A stretch of 63,477 bases of DNA, filler included, from Octopus bimaculoides (taxonomy: Eukaryota): assembly GCF_001194135.2 (NCBI RefSeq). It is 3 parts of 3 records of this genome, joined end to end, with 100 filler letters (N's around TTAATTAATTAA, not from the genome) between each part and the next. Parts side by side here need not be neighbours in the genome. Positions count along the whole stretch, not along the records: positions 20,046 to 40,142 come from NC_069009.1; positions 40,243 to 63,477 come from NC_068991.1; 1 more part is not named here. The stretch is one strand, 5' to 3'. This document shows, one piece after another, positions 38,805 to 52,667 of this stretch. A program made the position numbers and the translations under genes. Every line of letters begins with the position of its first letter. Within the stretch, counting starts at the first letter, position 1. The notes under the pieces are model-generated. The model did not search any database, was not told the DNA's origin, and saw only the letters and a program-made list of their open reading frames with translations.

Positions 38805-38883
38805 GGTACCTACAGTGATGATACATAGACAAGCATATGTCTGAGCATAGCTTTGTTGATCAATTCATATCTGAGATGGTACT
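38805..38883 (+). ncRNA. Box C/D snoRNA, U27/SNORD27 (yeast snR74)-like; predicted 18S Am27/28; RPS13 intron 5
   Basis: Stem ggtacc/ggtact; box C GTGATGA; D' CTGA; C'-like TTGTTGA; D CTGA. The guide agacaagcatatg has 13 nt of perfect complementarity to 18S CAUAUGCUUGUCU, and the +5 rule gives the A of CAUA. Confidence 0.88.
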
Positions 38884-39492
38884 GGAGAGTCGTACACTGC
38901 AGGGGTGGATTTCAGGTGTTGATATGCCTGGACCTGGTTTTAGAAGATATCCGATCAGGGTAGTTTGTTTTCCTTGGGGTGGTTCATGTTTTGGTTCAGT
39001 GCTGTTTTTGTACTGTAGAAAAAGACAGTGGGTAAATTTGTGTTGATGGAATGGGGTTGGGGTTTTGTCCATGACTACTGCAGCATTTTCAACACTAATG
39101 AGTTTGCTGTGTTTGAAGATGTGCGGGTGTACATTGATGCAGATTTGGTTATATGATTCTGGGCTCAGTCCCACTGTGCAGAATCATGGACTAGTCATGT
39201 GAGTGGATTGGGTTGGGAGAAATCGAAGCCTGTTGTATGTGTCCTTGTTCTGGCATTATGTGATGGTTGTGAATGACCATCGGTGTCATACAAGCAGTTC
39301 CATCATTTGACAAGCTGTTGGTTTGTTTATGTTCTGTAACTTAGCAATTCCGTAAAAAAAAAAAATAAAAAAAAAAGCAATAGATTAAGTACTGGGGGGT
39401 CAGTCTGTTTGGCTAAGGAATTCTTCAAGGATGTGTCCCGACCTAGCTGCAGCCACACGACTGGAAACAAAGGATAAAAATAAATGTGTGTA

Positions 39493-39694
39493 CAGTCATG
39501 GGCAAAAGTCTGGAACAGTTTGTTTTTTTAATTAAAATTATGCCCAAGTACAATCTGATTCAAATATACAACGTACAGATGTAGTTGCCTGACAATTGAT
39601 CCAGTAGTCAGTTACATATTAAATATAACATTGGGCATTTGATATTTAAAAAAAAAAAGTTTAAACTTATGTTCCAAACTTTTGGCCATGACTG
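39493..39694. mobile_element. Tc1/mariner-type MITE with TA TSD
   Basis: TA-CAGTCATGGGCAAAAGTCTGGAACA ... TGTTCCAAACTTTTGGCCATGACTG-TA, giving imperfect 25-bp TIRs. Confidence 0.85.
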
Positions 39695-39990
39695 TATCCA
39701 TGTAGTGTTTGTAGTGGAAAACATTTGTCTAAAGTGCAACTCAGTGGGACTGAATCCGAAACTACATGGTTGAGAAGCAAAGCTTTTACTTCATTGTGAA
39801 CCCTATGTTATTGTATGTAGCCTTTTCTGGCATTTTACGTGTTGATGTACCTAAATTCTGTTGAATCCTATAATTAATCTATATATGGTGTTGGCATGTG
39901 AATCTTTGATATGGAGTTTGAATCTCTTTGAATATGATGCACAGAATGTGTTTCTGTTGTGTTGTTGTTCCATAGAGGTGTGTTTCGGTT

Positions 39991-40069
39991 GGTACCTACA
40001 GTGATGATACATAGACAAGCATATGTCTGAGCATAGCTTTGTTGATCAATTCATATCTGAGATGGTACT
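39991..40069 (+). ncRNA. Second, identical U27/snR74-like snoRNA copy (may be an assembly duplicate)
   Basis: Identical to 38805-38883, inside a 377-bp duplicate that ends at the scaffold edge. Confidence 0.6.
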
Positions 40070-40142
40070 GGAGAGTCGTACACTGCAGGGGTGGATTTCA
40101 GGTGTTGATATGCCTGGACCTGGTTTTAGAAGATATCCGATC

Positions 40143-40242
40143 NNNNNNNNNNNNNNNNNNNNNNNNNNNNNNNNNNNNNNNNNNNNTTAATTAATTAANN
40201 NNNNNNNNNNNNNNNNNNNNNNNNNNNNNNNNNNNNNNNNNN
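40143..40242. other. Synthetic scaffold-joining spacer (44N-TTAATTAATTAA-44N)
   Basis: Same structure as 19946-20045. Confidence 0.9.
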
Positions 40243-40684
40243 TATAAATATATATATATATACATATATATATATATGTGTGTGTGTGTATATATATGTA
40301 TATATATGCATGCATAGCTGACGATGAGTATGTACATAGATTGTTATTTGCTTGTATGCGTGCGATTCTCAAGGAGCGTGTGTGCGTGTGTCGATGCATG
40401 CGTGTATGTGCGCGTGTGTGTGTACAGATGTACAGGGTGAGGTCCTGGCAATCACAGAGCAAAGACGGGCTGTGTCCTACGTGATGCGAATAGAAAAGGC
40501 TTCGGCGGTGATACAAACCACCACTCTGCACCTCCTGCCCGGGATAATTACATTAAGGAAGGGTCACAGAAAATGATAAAAAAAAAACAAAAAAACAAAA
40601 CAAAACAAAAATCAAAGAAAAGAACCACAAAAGGGAAAACAAAAGCACGAAACACAAACAGCTAGATACATTCATGTATGTATG

Positions 40685-40716
<32 letters not shown>

Positions 40717-40985
40717 TGTATATATATATATGCACACGTGTATATATATGCACACATATACACATTCTCGTATATATGTGTATGGAAGTGTTTTAGGGAT
40801 TATCTATCTATACAAATATTTACACACACATACGCATACATAGCTATACACACATACATAGCTACATACAAACACACGTATATGTACATGTATGTATATG
40901 TACACACCCACACACACTTATATATACGCATACGCATATCTATAACCATATGTATGTGTATATGTATGTATCTATATGTGGTATA

Positions 40986-41034
<49 letters not shown>

Positions 41035-41224
41035 NNNNNNNNNNNNNNNNNNNNNNNNNNNNNNNNNNNNNNNNNNNNNNNNNNNNNNNNNNNNNNNNNN
41101 NNNNNNNNNNNNNNNNNNNNNNNNNNNNNNNNNNNNNNNNNNNNNNNNNNNNNNNNNNNNNNNNNNNNNNNNNNNNNNNNNNNNNNNNNNNNNNNNNNNN
41201 NNNNNNNNNNNNNNNNNNNNNNNN

Positions 41225-41282
<58 letters not shown>

Positions 41283-41310
41283 CATATATATATATTTATA
41301 TATCTACGTG

Positions 41311-41341
<31 letters not shown>

Positions 41342-44300
41342 TTTTATACAAACCATGCACACATACATACGGACACAGCGAAACATATGTGAGTATAATT
41401 CGGTAGACATAGATATCTATACATATACGTGTGTGTATATTCCTGCGTATATATGTGTACATATAAATACTAGTGAATACACATGTATATATCAGTATGT
41501 GTACGTATATGTGTGTATGCAAAACATATGTGCTTGTGTTTATGTGTGTGGATGTTCGTGTGCACGCACGTGTGGATGTACGTATACAACAGCAAAAATG
41601 GCTTACAAAAGACAGGGAAACAAATCCAGCGAAGATACATTAAAATACAATAAATATATATAAAACCATAAACTTGAATATTTAAAAATTCTGCAGAACC
41701 ATTACGAAGAAATGAATTTAAAGTATAAATATTCTGGAAAACAAGAAAAAATAAAGAGACTTAGTACACTATGAACTGAGACGATTGCATACACTCACGT
41801 ATGCACACACTGTGTTATATACACGCAGGTATATATAGGTGTATAAATATATGAATATATATATGTATGAATATAAATATATTTATGTATATGTGTATAT
41901 GTTAATGTATATATATATGTATATATATACGCATATATATATATATATATAAATATACATATATATTTATATACATATATATATACATACACACATATAT
42001 GTATGCATGTATATATATATATGTGTACATATCCTTGTATGTATATATGTATATATGTATATATATATATGTATATATATATATANNNNNNNNNNNNNNN
42101 NNNNNNNNNNNNNNNNNNNNNNNNNNNNNNNNNNNNNNNNNNNNNNNNNNNNNNNNNNNNNNNNNNNNNNNNNNNNNNNNNNNNNNNNNNNNNNNNNNNN
42201 NNNNNNNNNNNNNNNNNNNNNNNNNNNNNNNNNNNNNNNNNNNNNNNNNNNNNNNNNNNNNNNNNNNNNNNNNNNNNNNNNNNNNNNNNNNNNNNNNNNN
42301 NNNNNNNNNNNNNNNNNNNNNNNNNNNNNNNNNNNNNNNNNNNNNNNNNNNNNNNNNNNNNNNNNNNNNNNNNNNNNNNNNNNNNNNNNNNNNNNNNNNN
42401 NNNNNNNNNNNNNNNNNNNNNNNNNNNNNNNNNNNNNNNNNNNNNNNNNNNNNNNNNNNNNNNNNNNNNNNNNNNNNNNNNNNNNNNNNNNNNNNNNNNN
42501 NNNNNNNNNNNNNNNNNNNNNNNNNNNNNNNNNNNNNNNNNNNNNNNNNNNNNNNNNNNNNNNNNNNNNNNNNNNNNNNNNNNNNNNNNNNNNNNNNNNN
42601 NNNNNNNNNNNNNNNNNNNNNNNNNNNNNNNNNNNNNNNNNNNNNNNNNNNNNNNNNNNNNNNNNNNNNNNNNNNNNNNNNNNNNNNNNNNNNNNNNNNN
42701 NNNNNNNNNNNNNNNNNNNNNNNNNNNNNNNNNNNNNNNNNNNNNNNNNNNNNNNNNNNNNNNNNNNNNNNNNNNNNNNNNNNNNNNNNNNNNNNNNNNN
42801 NNNNNNNNNNNNNNNNNNNNNNNNNNNNNNNNNNNNNNNNNNNNNNNNNNNNNNNNNNNNNNNNNNNNNNNNNNNNNNNNNNNNNNNNNNNNNNNNNNNN
42901 NNNNNNNNNNNNNNNNNNNNNNNNNNNNNNNNNNNNNNNNNNNNNNNNNNNNNNNNNNNNNNNNNNNNNNNNNNNNNNNNNNNNNNNNNNNNNNNNNNNN
43001 NNNNNNNNNGGGGTGGATGTTACTGTTGCTTTTAGCCCCAGGAGGGGCTAAAAGGAGATGTCCTCCTGGGGCTAAAAGCAACAGTAACATCCACCCCTAG
43101 GGGTCAGCCACACTTAAGTGGCAATATACTACACTTTATATATATATATATATATATATCTATATATATACACACACACACATATATACGTGTGTATGTG
43201 TGTGTGTATGCATATATGGTTGTCGATGGCTAACTTAATAAACACGTGGTCGTTCAGTCACGCTGCTGCTTCTGCTAAATATCGGTTTCAAATTTTGGCA
43301 CAAGGCCTGCAATTTCGAGGAAAGGATTAAGTCAGCTTCACCGACCTCTGTGTTCAACTGTTTCTTATTTTATCAATCCGGAAAGGATGACAAGCAAATT
43401 CGACATCGGCAGCATTTGAACTCAGAACGTAAAATCGGAAGAAATGCCGTTATGCATTTTCCCAGGCGCGATGACATCATCTCTGCTAAATATTAAAACT
43501 GGCTCTCGGTTGTGAAGACAAGGGCTCCAGTCGGTCCCATCAATGGAACAGCCTGCTCGTGAAATTAGCATGCAAGTGGCTGAGCACTCCACAGACACGC
43601 GTACTTTTAACGTAGTTTTCAGGGAAATTCAGCCTGATAAACAATGTGACAAGACTGGTCCCTTTGAAGTACAGGTACTATTTCATTTTGGCCAGCTGAA
43701 TGGACTGCAGAGCAATGTGAAATAAAGTGTCTCGCCCAAGGATACAATGCTCTGCTAGGAATCGAACGCACTGTATCAGTTATTATTTATCCATTAATCT
43801 TCCCTAACTATTTTTCTATTTTTCTGTCACTTAAACATGTTTTTTTCTCTATATTTTTATATACTTACGCTCACAAACATTTGACTAACGTACACATAGA
43901 TAGCGCTTATTCCCATGTATTCATAAATACACATTCTTTTCTTCTCCTTCACACGCGAACCTACACACGATGGAGCGCCATCACTCCATTAGTTCACTGT
44001 AAAATTTGTCTTCGCCTCTTATACCTTACAACGACCACACTTACAAAGTTTAATGCTCTCCCAGTAACAACACTCAAGGGAAGTCCAACTCAACCATCGA
44101 ACCTAATGAGACATGTTTGACGCTGTCGATCGCTGCTTAAACAGTGAGTTCCGCCATCTCGTTGTTCATAATTACAGCTCAGTCGATTGGGTCATTGAAA
44201 GTTAAGTGTTTACGACAACACCCTCCTCGAAACACAGTCACTTTCTCTCTTCCTTCTCCTCCTCCTTCTCTCTCCCCTCACCTTACGGAATATTTGAAGA

Positions 44301-44527
44301 ATTTACTTTAAGGAGCTTAACTTTTGGACTCGTTAAAGTTATTGACCAATCACTTTTCACCTTTCTCATTTGCATCTCTCTCAATCTATTTCTCTCCTAA
44401 TTCCCCCACTCATTCCCTATATCTCCATCTCTCTCTCTTTCTTTCTCTCTCTTTCTTTCTCTCTCTTTCTTTCTCTCTCTTTCTCTCTCTTTCTCCCTCT
44501 CTCTCTCTCTCTCTCTTTCTCTCTCTT

Positions 44528-44565
<38 letters not shown>

Positions 44566-45477
44566 GCTAACCTGTATGATTCGGTGATAAATTCGGTTTG
44601 TTTCGACTCTCTTTATTCTTTATATTTCTTCTCGGCTCTTTCTCTCTCTTTTCCCCCTCATTCTCTCCCCTTCCCCCTCCCCTCCTCTCTCTCCCTCACT
44701 CTATTGCTTTGTTCTCCTCGAAAACATTCGTTGGAAGATTACTCTAACGTTCTTCCTCAGAGACACACATATGCTCATGCACACATACTGTGATGGGACA
44801 ATTTTTAATTGAAGTTGCTGCGACAATCTATCGTGCCAAGCATTCAAGAAGACTTTGAAAGTTTGGAGCTTTGTTTCCAGCAAAATGGGTTACTCCACAT
44901 CTTAATAATGATAATATTACGTCCTGCCTCAATGTCATTTTGCCAAACTGGTGAATTGGACGGTGTTCTGAAGAATACCCTCTGCGCTCACCGGACCCCA
45001 AAACCACTCTACATATTTTAAAGGGATATTTAGAAGATAAAATTTACGTTACAAAACCGGCAAAAGTCAACGAATTCTTTGAATGTCCTAGTAGCCATGT
45101 CATTGATTCTTCATAATTCTATAAAATATGTACTGCTAGGACTGCAGCTATCGAGTTCCACCATGATTGGTGGCTGACCAGTTTACCCGATGGCAAGTGG
45201 GCCCCTGCACCATTAAAATCCATATTTGGCGTGAAAAGTTAAAATCCATGTTTCCATATTGACATGGCACCTAGTCAGAAGCAAGCCAGCTGCGACCTAA
45301 GCCACGTTTTTCTATTTGAACTGTTTGAAAATTCGTGTAATCTGAGGAACCGGTTAAAGCTTCAAATGTTTTTATAAAAAACATTTTCAACTTTTATTTT
45401 TCCTATTTTTCTACCCGTGTGGAATAAAATAACTTTGTTTTTCTCTCTATATATATCTCCTTCTCTCTCTCTTTCTT

Positions 45478-45530
<53 letters not shown>

Positions 45531-46355
45531 ATATATATATATATACACATATATATGTGTGTGTGTGTGTGTGTGTGAGTGTGTATGTGTGTATGTATGT
45601 ATGTGTTTATGTGTGTTTTGTGTCTGCACTTGTCCCCCCCCCCACCATCGCTTGACAACCGCTGCTGGTGTGTTTACATCCCCGTGATCCAGCGTTTCGG
45701 AAAAAGAGACCGATAGAAAACGTACCAGGCTTACAAAGAGTAAGTCCTGGGGGTCAATTTATTCGACTAAAAGGCGGTGCTGCAGCACGGCCGCTTTCAA
45801 GTGACTGAAACAAGGAAAAGAATATAAGAATAAAAGAATAGATGAATAAATAAATATACAAATAAATAAAACCAACAAGTTATCACGTAAACAACAAAAC
45901 GAAATCATATACATAAAAGAAAAAAAACATGCCAAAAACAGAATAAAAGAAATAAATGAGAAAATAATGAAGAAAGAAAGAAAGAAACATAGAAAACTAT
46001 TTACCACAAAATATAAAAGAATAACCGAACGACGGATGAACGGAATAAAGGTTTAGAATAGTTGGGTTGGAGTGTTCGAGAAAAAGCGGGGAAGGTTATG
46101 TTTGGAAACGAAATGGAATAAGATGGAGTAAACATGTATTTTAATCATTATTGGACATAATAATGGTCGTCTTGTATTGTTTGGCACAATACTAATGGAA
46201 TCTGTGAATCTGGTGGAAGAACGAGATGATAGAAAACACATATTCAGCCGCAACAACACAATCATACGAACAGATACATAGATACATACATACACGTGTA
46301 TGCACAGACGTACGCATACAAACATGTATATATATATATATACAAACACGCACAC

Positions 46356-46393
<38 letters not shown>

Positions 46394-46562
46394 TCATACA
46401 CACACATATATGCAGGCGTGTGTATGTAGGTATTTATGTGTATGTGTATGTGTTAAAAATGTGCACATGTAAATAATTTCAGAATATAAAATGACCGTCA
46501 TCTGAATGGTTTGTGTGGCGGGGGTGGTTGTGTGGTTGTGTGTGTTTACGTGTGTATGTGTT

Positions 46563-46601
<39 letters not shown>

Positions 46602-47221
46602 NNNNNNNNNNNNNNNNNNNNNNNNNNNNNNNNNNNNNNNNNNNNNNNNNNNNNNNNNNNNNNNNNNNNNNNNNNNNNNNNNNNNNNNNNNNNNNNNNNN
46701 NNNNNNNNNNNNNNNNNNNNNNNNNNNNNNNNNNNNNNNNNNNNNNNNNNNNNNNNNNNNNNNNNNNNNNNNNNNNNNNNNNNNNNNNNNNNNNNNNNNN
46801 NNNNNNNNNNNNNNNNNNNNNNNNNNNNNNNNNNNNNNNNNNNNNNNNNNNNNNNNNNNNNNNNNNNNNNNNNNNNNNNNNNNNNNNNNNNNNNNNNNNN
46901 NNNNNNNNNNNNNNNNNNNNNNNNNNNNNNNNNNNNNNNNNNNNNNNNNNNNNNNNNNNNNNNNNNNNNNNNNNNNNNNNNNNNNNNNNNNNNNNNNNNN
47001 NNNNNNNNNNNNNNNNNNNNNNNNNNNNNNNNNNNNNNNNNNNNNNNNNNNNNNNNNNNNNNNNNNNNNNNNNNNNNNGCATGTTTGAGGACAAATATAT
47101 CTAGGAATACATGCATATTTCTTCATACATGTAAACATGCAAGTATATACATTTATGGAGGCGTTTTTTGTAATGCATGTATAGACATGTGTGTGTGTGT
47201 GTGTGTGTGTACGTATGTGTA

Positions 47222-47268
<47 letters not shown>

Positions 47269-49273
47269 CGCTCACCTCAATCATTGTTTTGAATTAACAG
47301 GTAAAAGAACAATCAAAAGAATTGAATACAAAACAATGGTTATGAAAATGTACTAATTTCATATCGCTGCACCAAGTTTACTCTGTCTCTCTTACTCTCT
47401 CTTTCTGTCTGTCTGACAGTCTCTGTTTCTGTCTCTCTCTTGACCTCTCTCTCTCTTCCTTTCTCTCTCCCCCTCTCTAATATTCTCCTTCCTCATCTCT
47501 CTCTCCTTCAATCCTTCTGTCACACTTTTTGATCGGTTTTGCTTCATCTTTTAATCTGTCTCTTTCGTTTCCTCTCTTTCTCGCCCTTCTCTCTCTCTCC
47601 CTCGCTCTCTCTCGCTCTCTCTCGCGTTCCTTCTCCTTCTTTTCTTTACTTCTCTCTCCTATTTCCCCTCTCTCTTTCTCATTTCCGTCAGACATGCCCC
47701 TCTTATGGAACTCACCTATTTCTATACCTCTCACTACCACCCATATTCATCCACTCTTCCTCCCATTATTCCTTTCGTCTTTATTTTCACATCCCTCGCC
47801 ATCCTCCACCCACCTTTATAATCACTCTCTTCTTACCACTCATCACGTCTCTCTCTTTTTCCTCCCACCGCTTTTACACTGGACCTTTTCCCACATCTCT
47901 CAGATAAACATATATATATATATATATATATATACCCACATCCCCCCTTTCTTTATCTCACATATCTCTTTGCACCCTATCCCACTTCCACGTAACCTAT
48001 ATTGTTACAACCAATCCCTGTCTTCCCCACCCCTTCCCACTCATTTATTAACTTACCTCTACCCACAATCCCACAACTCACCTTACCTGCTCAAGCACTT
48101 CTGACACACTCCACTTCCTCTTCCTCTTCATCACGTTCTTCCTCTTTATCCTCTTGATGCTCATCCTCATCTTCATCCTCTTCCTCTTTAATCATGAATC
48201 TCCCAACATTCGTGAGTGTATTTGCTGTAATATTTTTCTCACTTTGTAACTAGTACGTCTTCTTCTATAATGTTTCGCACGTCGGATATAGATTTGATTT
48301 TATTCTTAGAGCATTTTCTGTCTATAAGTCGGTGTATTTTCACTTCTGGAAATTTGATGTTTATAATTATACATCTTCGCATTTTCATAATATATTTGCT
48401 GTAATATTTCCCTCAATTTGCTTTCTCCTTTTTCTTTTCTTTGTTTCCGTAACTCATAAGTGTCTTTCATAATGTTTCTTCGCGTTAGATATACCGTTGC
48501 TGTGTCGTAAGTACGTAACATAAATGTAAATAGCCAACATCATAAATGTATTCTACTCTTTTTTGAACTTCGTTTCTGGAAACAAGGTTGGAAATTGTCG
48601 TACTACTAAACCAGAAACACGTGTCAACGACTGCTCCCTTGCCCGTTCTTTTCCTCAACGATATGTCATCATTGGAGAAGTATTGACTTTTGAGATTATC
48701 TCACCTTGTCATATGGAGCTAGTCTTAATTGATAATTATGACCCATCCTCCACAGATAGAGATACTTTGAATAAATCAAGAAGTTATATTTGATGGCATT
48801 TGTCTATGTTATATAAATATAATATTAATTGGTTCAACAGTCTCTTTTAGCTTTAATATATTTCGGACACTGACATTAACAGAAGGGTCAAGTGATGCCT
48901 TCAGAGGTCAGCGCTCTTGACCGCGTTACGATGGTCTTATCTTACACCAATCTTATCTTACACCATTATTGGTTAGTTTATCGCTCATCATAATTGATCT
49001 GTTTTTTAAATACTTTAAATACTCATCAATATCATCATCTTAAGGATCATTTTCGTTTTTCATTACTTTATGCACAAATTCATTGAGTTACGGACAGCGT
49101 TTGAATCATACGTAAACTGAAGAAACTCAAAACTGAGAACATTCTTGAGAAAAAAATCTTCCCAGCCGCCACATGGTTCCGGGTTCAGTTCCACTGCAGG
49201 GCACCTTGGGCAAGTGTCTTCTGCTATAGCTTAGGGCTAACCAAAGCTTTGTGAGTGGATTTGGTTGACGGAA

Positions 49274-49309
<36 letters not shown>

Positions 49310-49321
<12 letters not shown>

Positions 49322-49480
49322 CACTTATTGCTGTGATAAACTGTCCGAATGCTTCAATCACCTCTTCTCTATTTAAGAATGTTTCATTGCTCTTGAAAAG
49401 CTCATAATGCTTAAATAAGGGATGATCAGTAGGACAGATATCAGGGGGAATAGGGAGGATGTTGCAAAATCTCATAATTC
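49310..49480 (-). mobile_element. Mariner transposase remnant
   Basis: ILPIPPDICPTDHPLFKHYELF...NREEVIEAFGQFI resembles the mariner YSPDLAPxDYHLF region. Confidence 0.6.
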
Positions 49481-50039
49481 AGGCTTTGCAACCGTACCTT
49501 TCTTTTTGCGCTGAGAAGTAACTTCAACCATGCAAATACACCATTTCGTGTAAATTATATCTGAGGACCGCAATTGTCGGTTGAAGATTCTCCAAATTTA
49601 CCACTGAAAAAACCATGGCAGCAAGAATATGCTTGAATGAGCGGAGTTTGTGTTTCTTTCTCATTTTCTGAATATCGATCAATTGGGTCCTGAATCCGAA
49701 TCTTCGACTCTAAATTCTATGGAAAATCTAAAAATGTGTCTGTAGGATATATAAAACGACTGCGTCCGGAATCCCCGCCCCATCGTAGCTGCCCGTGCTC
49801 GTATCGAAACGTTATTTCCATCGTTCTTAACCCAGAAAAAATTGCCATAGAATAATGCTGGAGTCTTTGCATTCATAAATAAGGAAGACATCAATGTCAG
49901 AATTAGAAATATTATACACGAGTCAGATTTTTGTAAATATTTTGAAATGTGTGTGGGAGAAAATGCATGTGTGTGAGTGAGTGAGAGCGAGAGAGAGAGA
50001 GGAGGGGGAAGAGAATGAGCGGTAGAGACAGAAAAAGGA

Positions 50040-50107
<68 letters not shown>

Positions 50108-50610
50108 AGAGAGGGAGATGGAGCCGGGATGTATATACTGAGAATTGCAGTACTGGACCAAAAAAAGACATTGACGACGATAACGATGATGATGATGGCG
50201 ATGATGATGACGATGATGATGATGATGATGATGACGATGGTGGTGGTGGTGGTGGTAAGGATGATGATGAGGTTGAAAAACTACGATGATGTCTTGGAAG
50301 AATCTTGTGGTGGAGGTAGTGGTGTTGGTGGTGGAGGTGGCCATGCGCGGGTTGGATGTCAAATGAGAATCGAATGAACTAAGGAATCCACTAACAAATA
50401 AAAAAGACATCGATAATTTCGTGCCACACACACACACGCGCGCACACATATATGCACACACACACACATACATATATTGTATCTATCATATACACGTACA
50501 TATATGTATATGTACATGTATATATATATGTATTTATATATATATATATATGTATATATGTATATATGTATATATATATACATATACATATATCTATCTA
50601 TATATCTATC

Positions 50611-50641
<31 letters not shown>

Positions 50642-50762
50642 TATACACACACACATATATATATACATACATACAATTATGTATACATATGCGTATTACA
50701 TATATATATATGTGTGTGTGTGTGTTTGTATGTATGTGTGTTTGTATGTATGTATATATGTA

Positions 50763-50796
<34 letters not shown>

Positions 50797-51399
50797 TACC
50801 CATGTAGAAATATGCATTTTCTAACAGCAAACCATCTCAGCATCTCCACACCCACCTCCACCGTTTCAATCCATCACATTTCTTTTTCTTTCTTTCTCCA
50901 TCTCTTTTTTCTTTCTTTTTTCATTCTTTTTCTTTCTTTTTTTTCCTTATTCATATCATTCTGATTAACGCAGCGAACCTCCATTTCCTCCACATCCTGT
51001 GAAATGCTTCATTTTCTGTGACCAACATTGTATTTGTTTCTTTTGTTTTCTTTTTCTTTTCTTTTCTTTTTCTTTATTTTTTTTTTTGCAACTCTTTGCG
51101 CTCATATAAAATGTCTTCTAAGAAAATAAATAAACGAATAAAATAAAATAAAATAAAGATAAAATGTAATGGTACGAACGAATAACAAGAATGATAACAT
51201 CATCGTCATCATCATCATCAACATAATCCTCATCACCATCATCGTCATCATCATCATCATCATTATCGTAGTCATCATCATCGTCGTCGTCATAATCATC
51301 ATCATCGTCGTCATCGTCATCGTCGTCATCTTTCCTCTCCTCCTCCTCCTCATCATCAACGTCATCATCATCATCAACTTAAACATCATCATTATCATT

Positions 51400-51439
<40 letters not shown>

Positions 51440-51522
51440 CAATCCTGAAAAACAAAGTACGAACACCACCATCACGTCCACCACCGACAACAGCAATAAT
51501 AAAAAAAAAAAAATAAAAAAAA

Positions 51523-51591
<69 letters not shown>

Positions 51592-52608
51592 CGCAAGAAC
51601 AACAGAAACGAGGACAACAACAAGACGAAATAGGACAAAAACAACTGCAGCAACAACAACAATTACGTGAAGAAAAGAACAAAAACTAATCAACAGCAAC
51701 CACAATAACAAGAAAAACAATAAAAACAACGTCGATTGTTACAAGAAGAACCGTATCAACAAGAACAACAACAACAACAACGACTGCAACAACAACAACA
51801 ACTATAAGTGTTAGTACAGCTGTATTGATAACAAGAACAAGCTAAAAATAATTACAATAAAATAATAATAATAAAAAAATAATAAAAATAAAGAAAAAAT
51901 AAAGAATTGGTAAAGAAAAAAAAGATTCTTCTAAAAACAATTCTAACAAATATCTTAGGCAATTTTCTCAGCCTTCCCCCTTTCCGTGCCACCGCATTCA
52001 ATCTAGTATATCCACTAGTGAAATCATTGAGACAGCAGGCAGCTCGCTTGGTTCTGCACCTCCAATGACCGAACGAGAGAGACGCGCGAAGCAAAGAAGA
52101 GGTGGTTGCAGTGGAGGTGTAGTAAGAGGAGAAAGTTATTAGGAGATAAAGAGGAGTGGTGTGAGGAAAAGTGGAAAGGCGCTTGGAGTGGGGAAGCTGG
52201 GTGTAGAAAGATTTTATTTCCCGCCAATTTGGTATCCAATTTTCCCCCTATTTAATGTGATTCTATTGGAAATGTCCCTCCATTTAGGACCCTTCGAGAT
52301 ACCTATGTGTATGTATGTATATATGTATGTGCGCATCCATGTACGTATGTGCCTGTATGTACGTACGTATGTATGAATGTATGTAGGCATGTATGTATGC
52401 GTATGTATGTAATGTATGTATGTATATGGGTACATCTATATATGTATGTGTATACACATAAATGCACACATACTTGTGGACATAACTACATCCAAACACG
52501 CACATACACATGCATACACATAAACACACACAAACATACACACGTATACACACACATACATGCTTGCAAAGTGGAATTAGATATCTCTAACATCTAAAGA
52601 TTCCCTGA

Positions 52609-52667
<59 letters not shown>

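Larger units (their letters stand above)
38580..40142 (+). repeat. 377-bp direct duplication (38580-38956 and 39766-40142)
   Basis: The copies appear identical by eye, offset 1186 bp. The second ends exactly at the scaffold edge. Confidence 0.9.

Noticed and set aside
38418-40142. Search for RPS13 exon 6 (ag|T GAR TCN ...)
   Set aside because: No acceptor followed by a YESSTASALV-like frame was found; the exon is presumably beyond the scaffold end.
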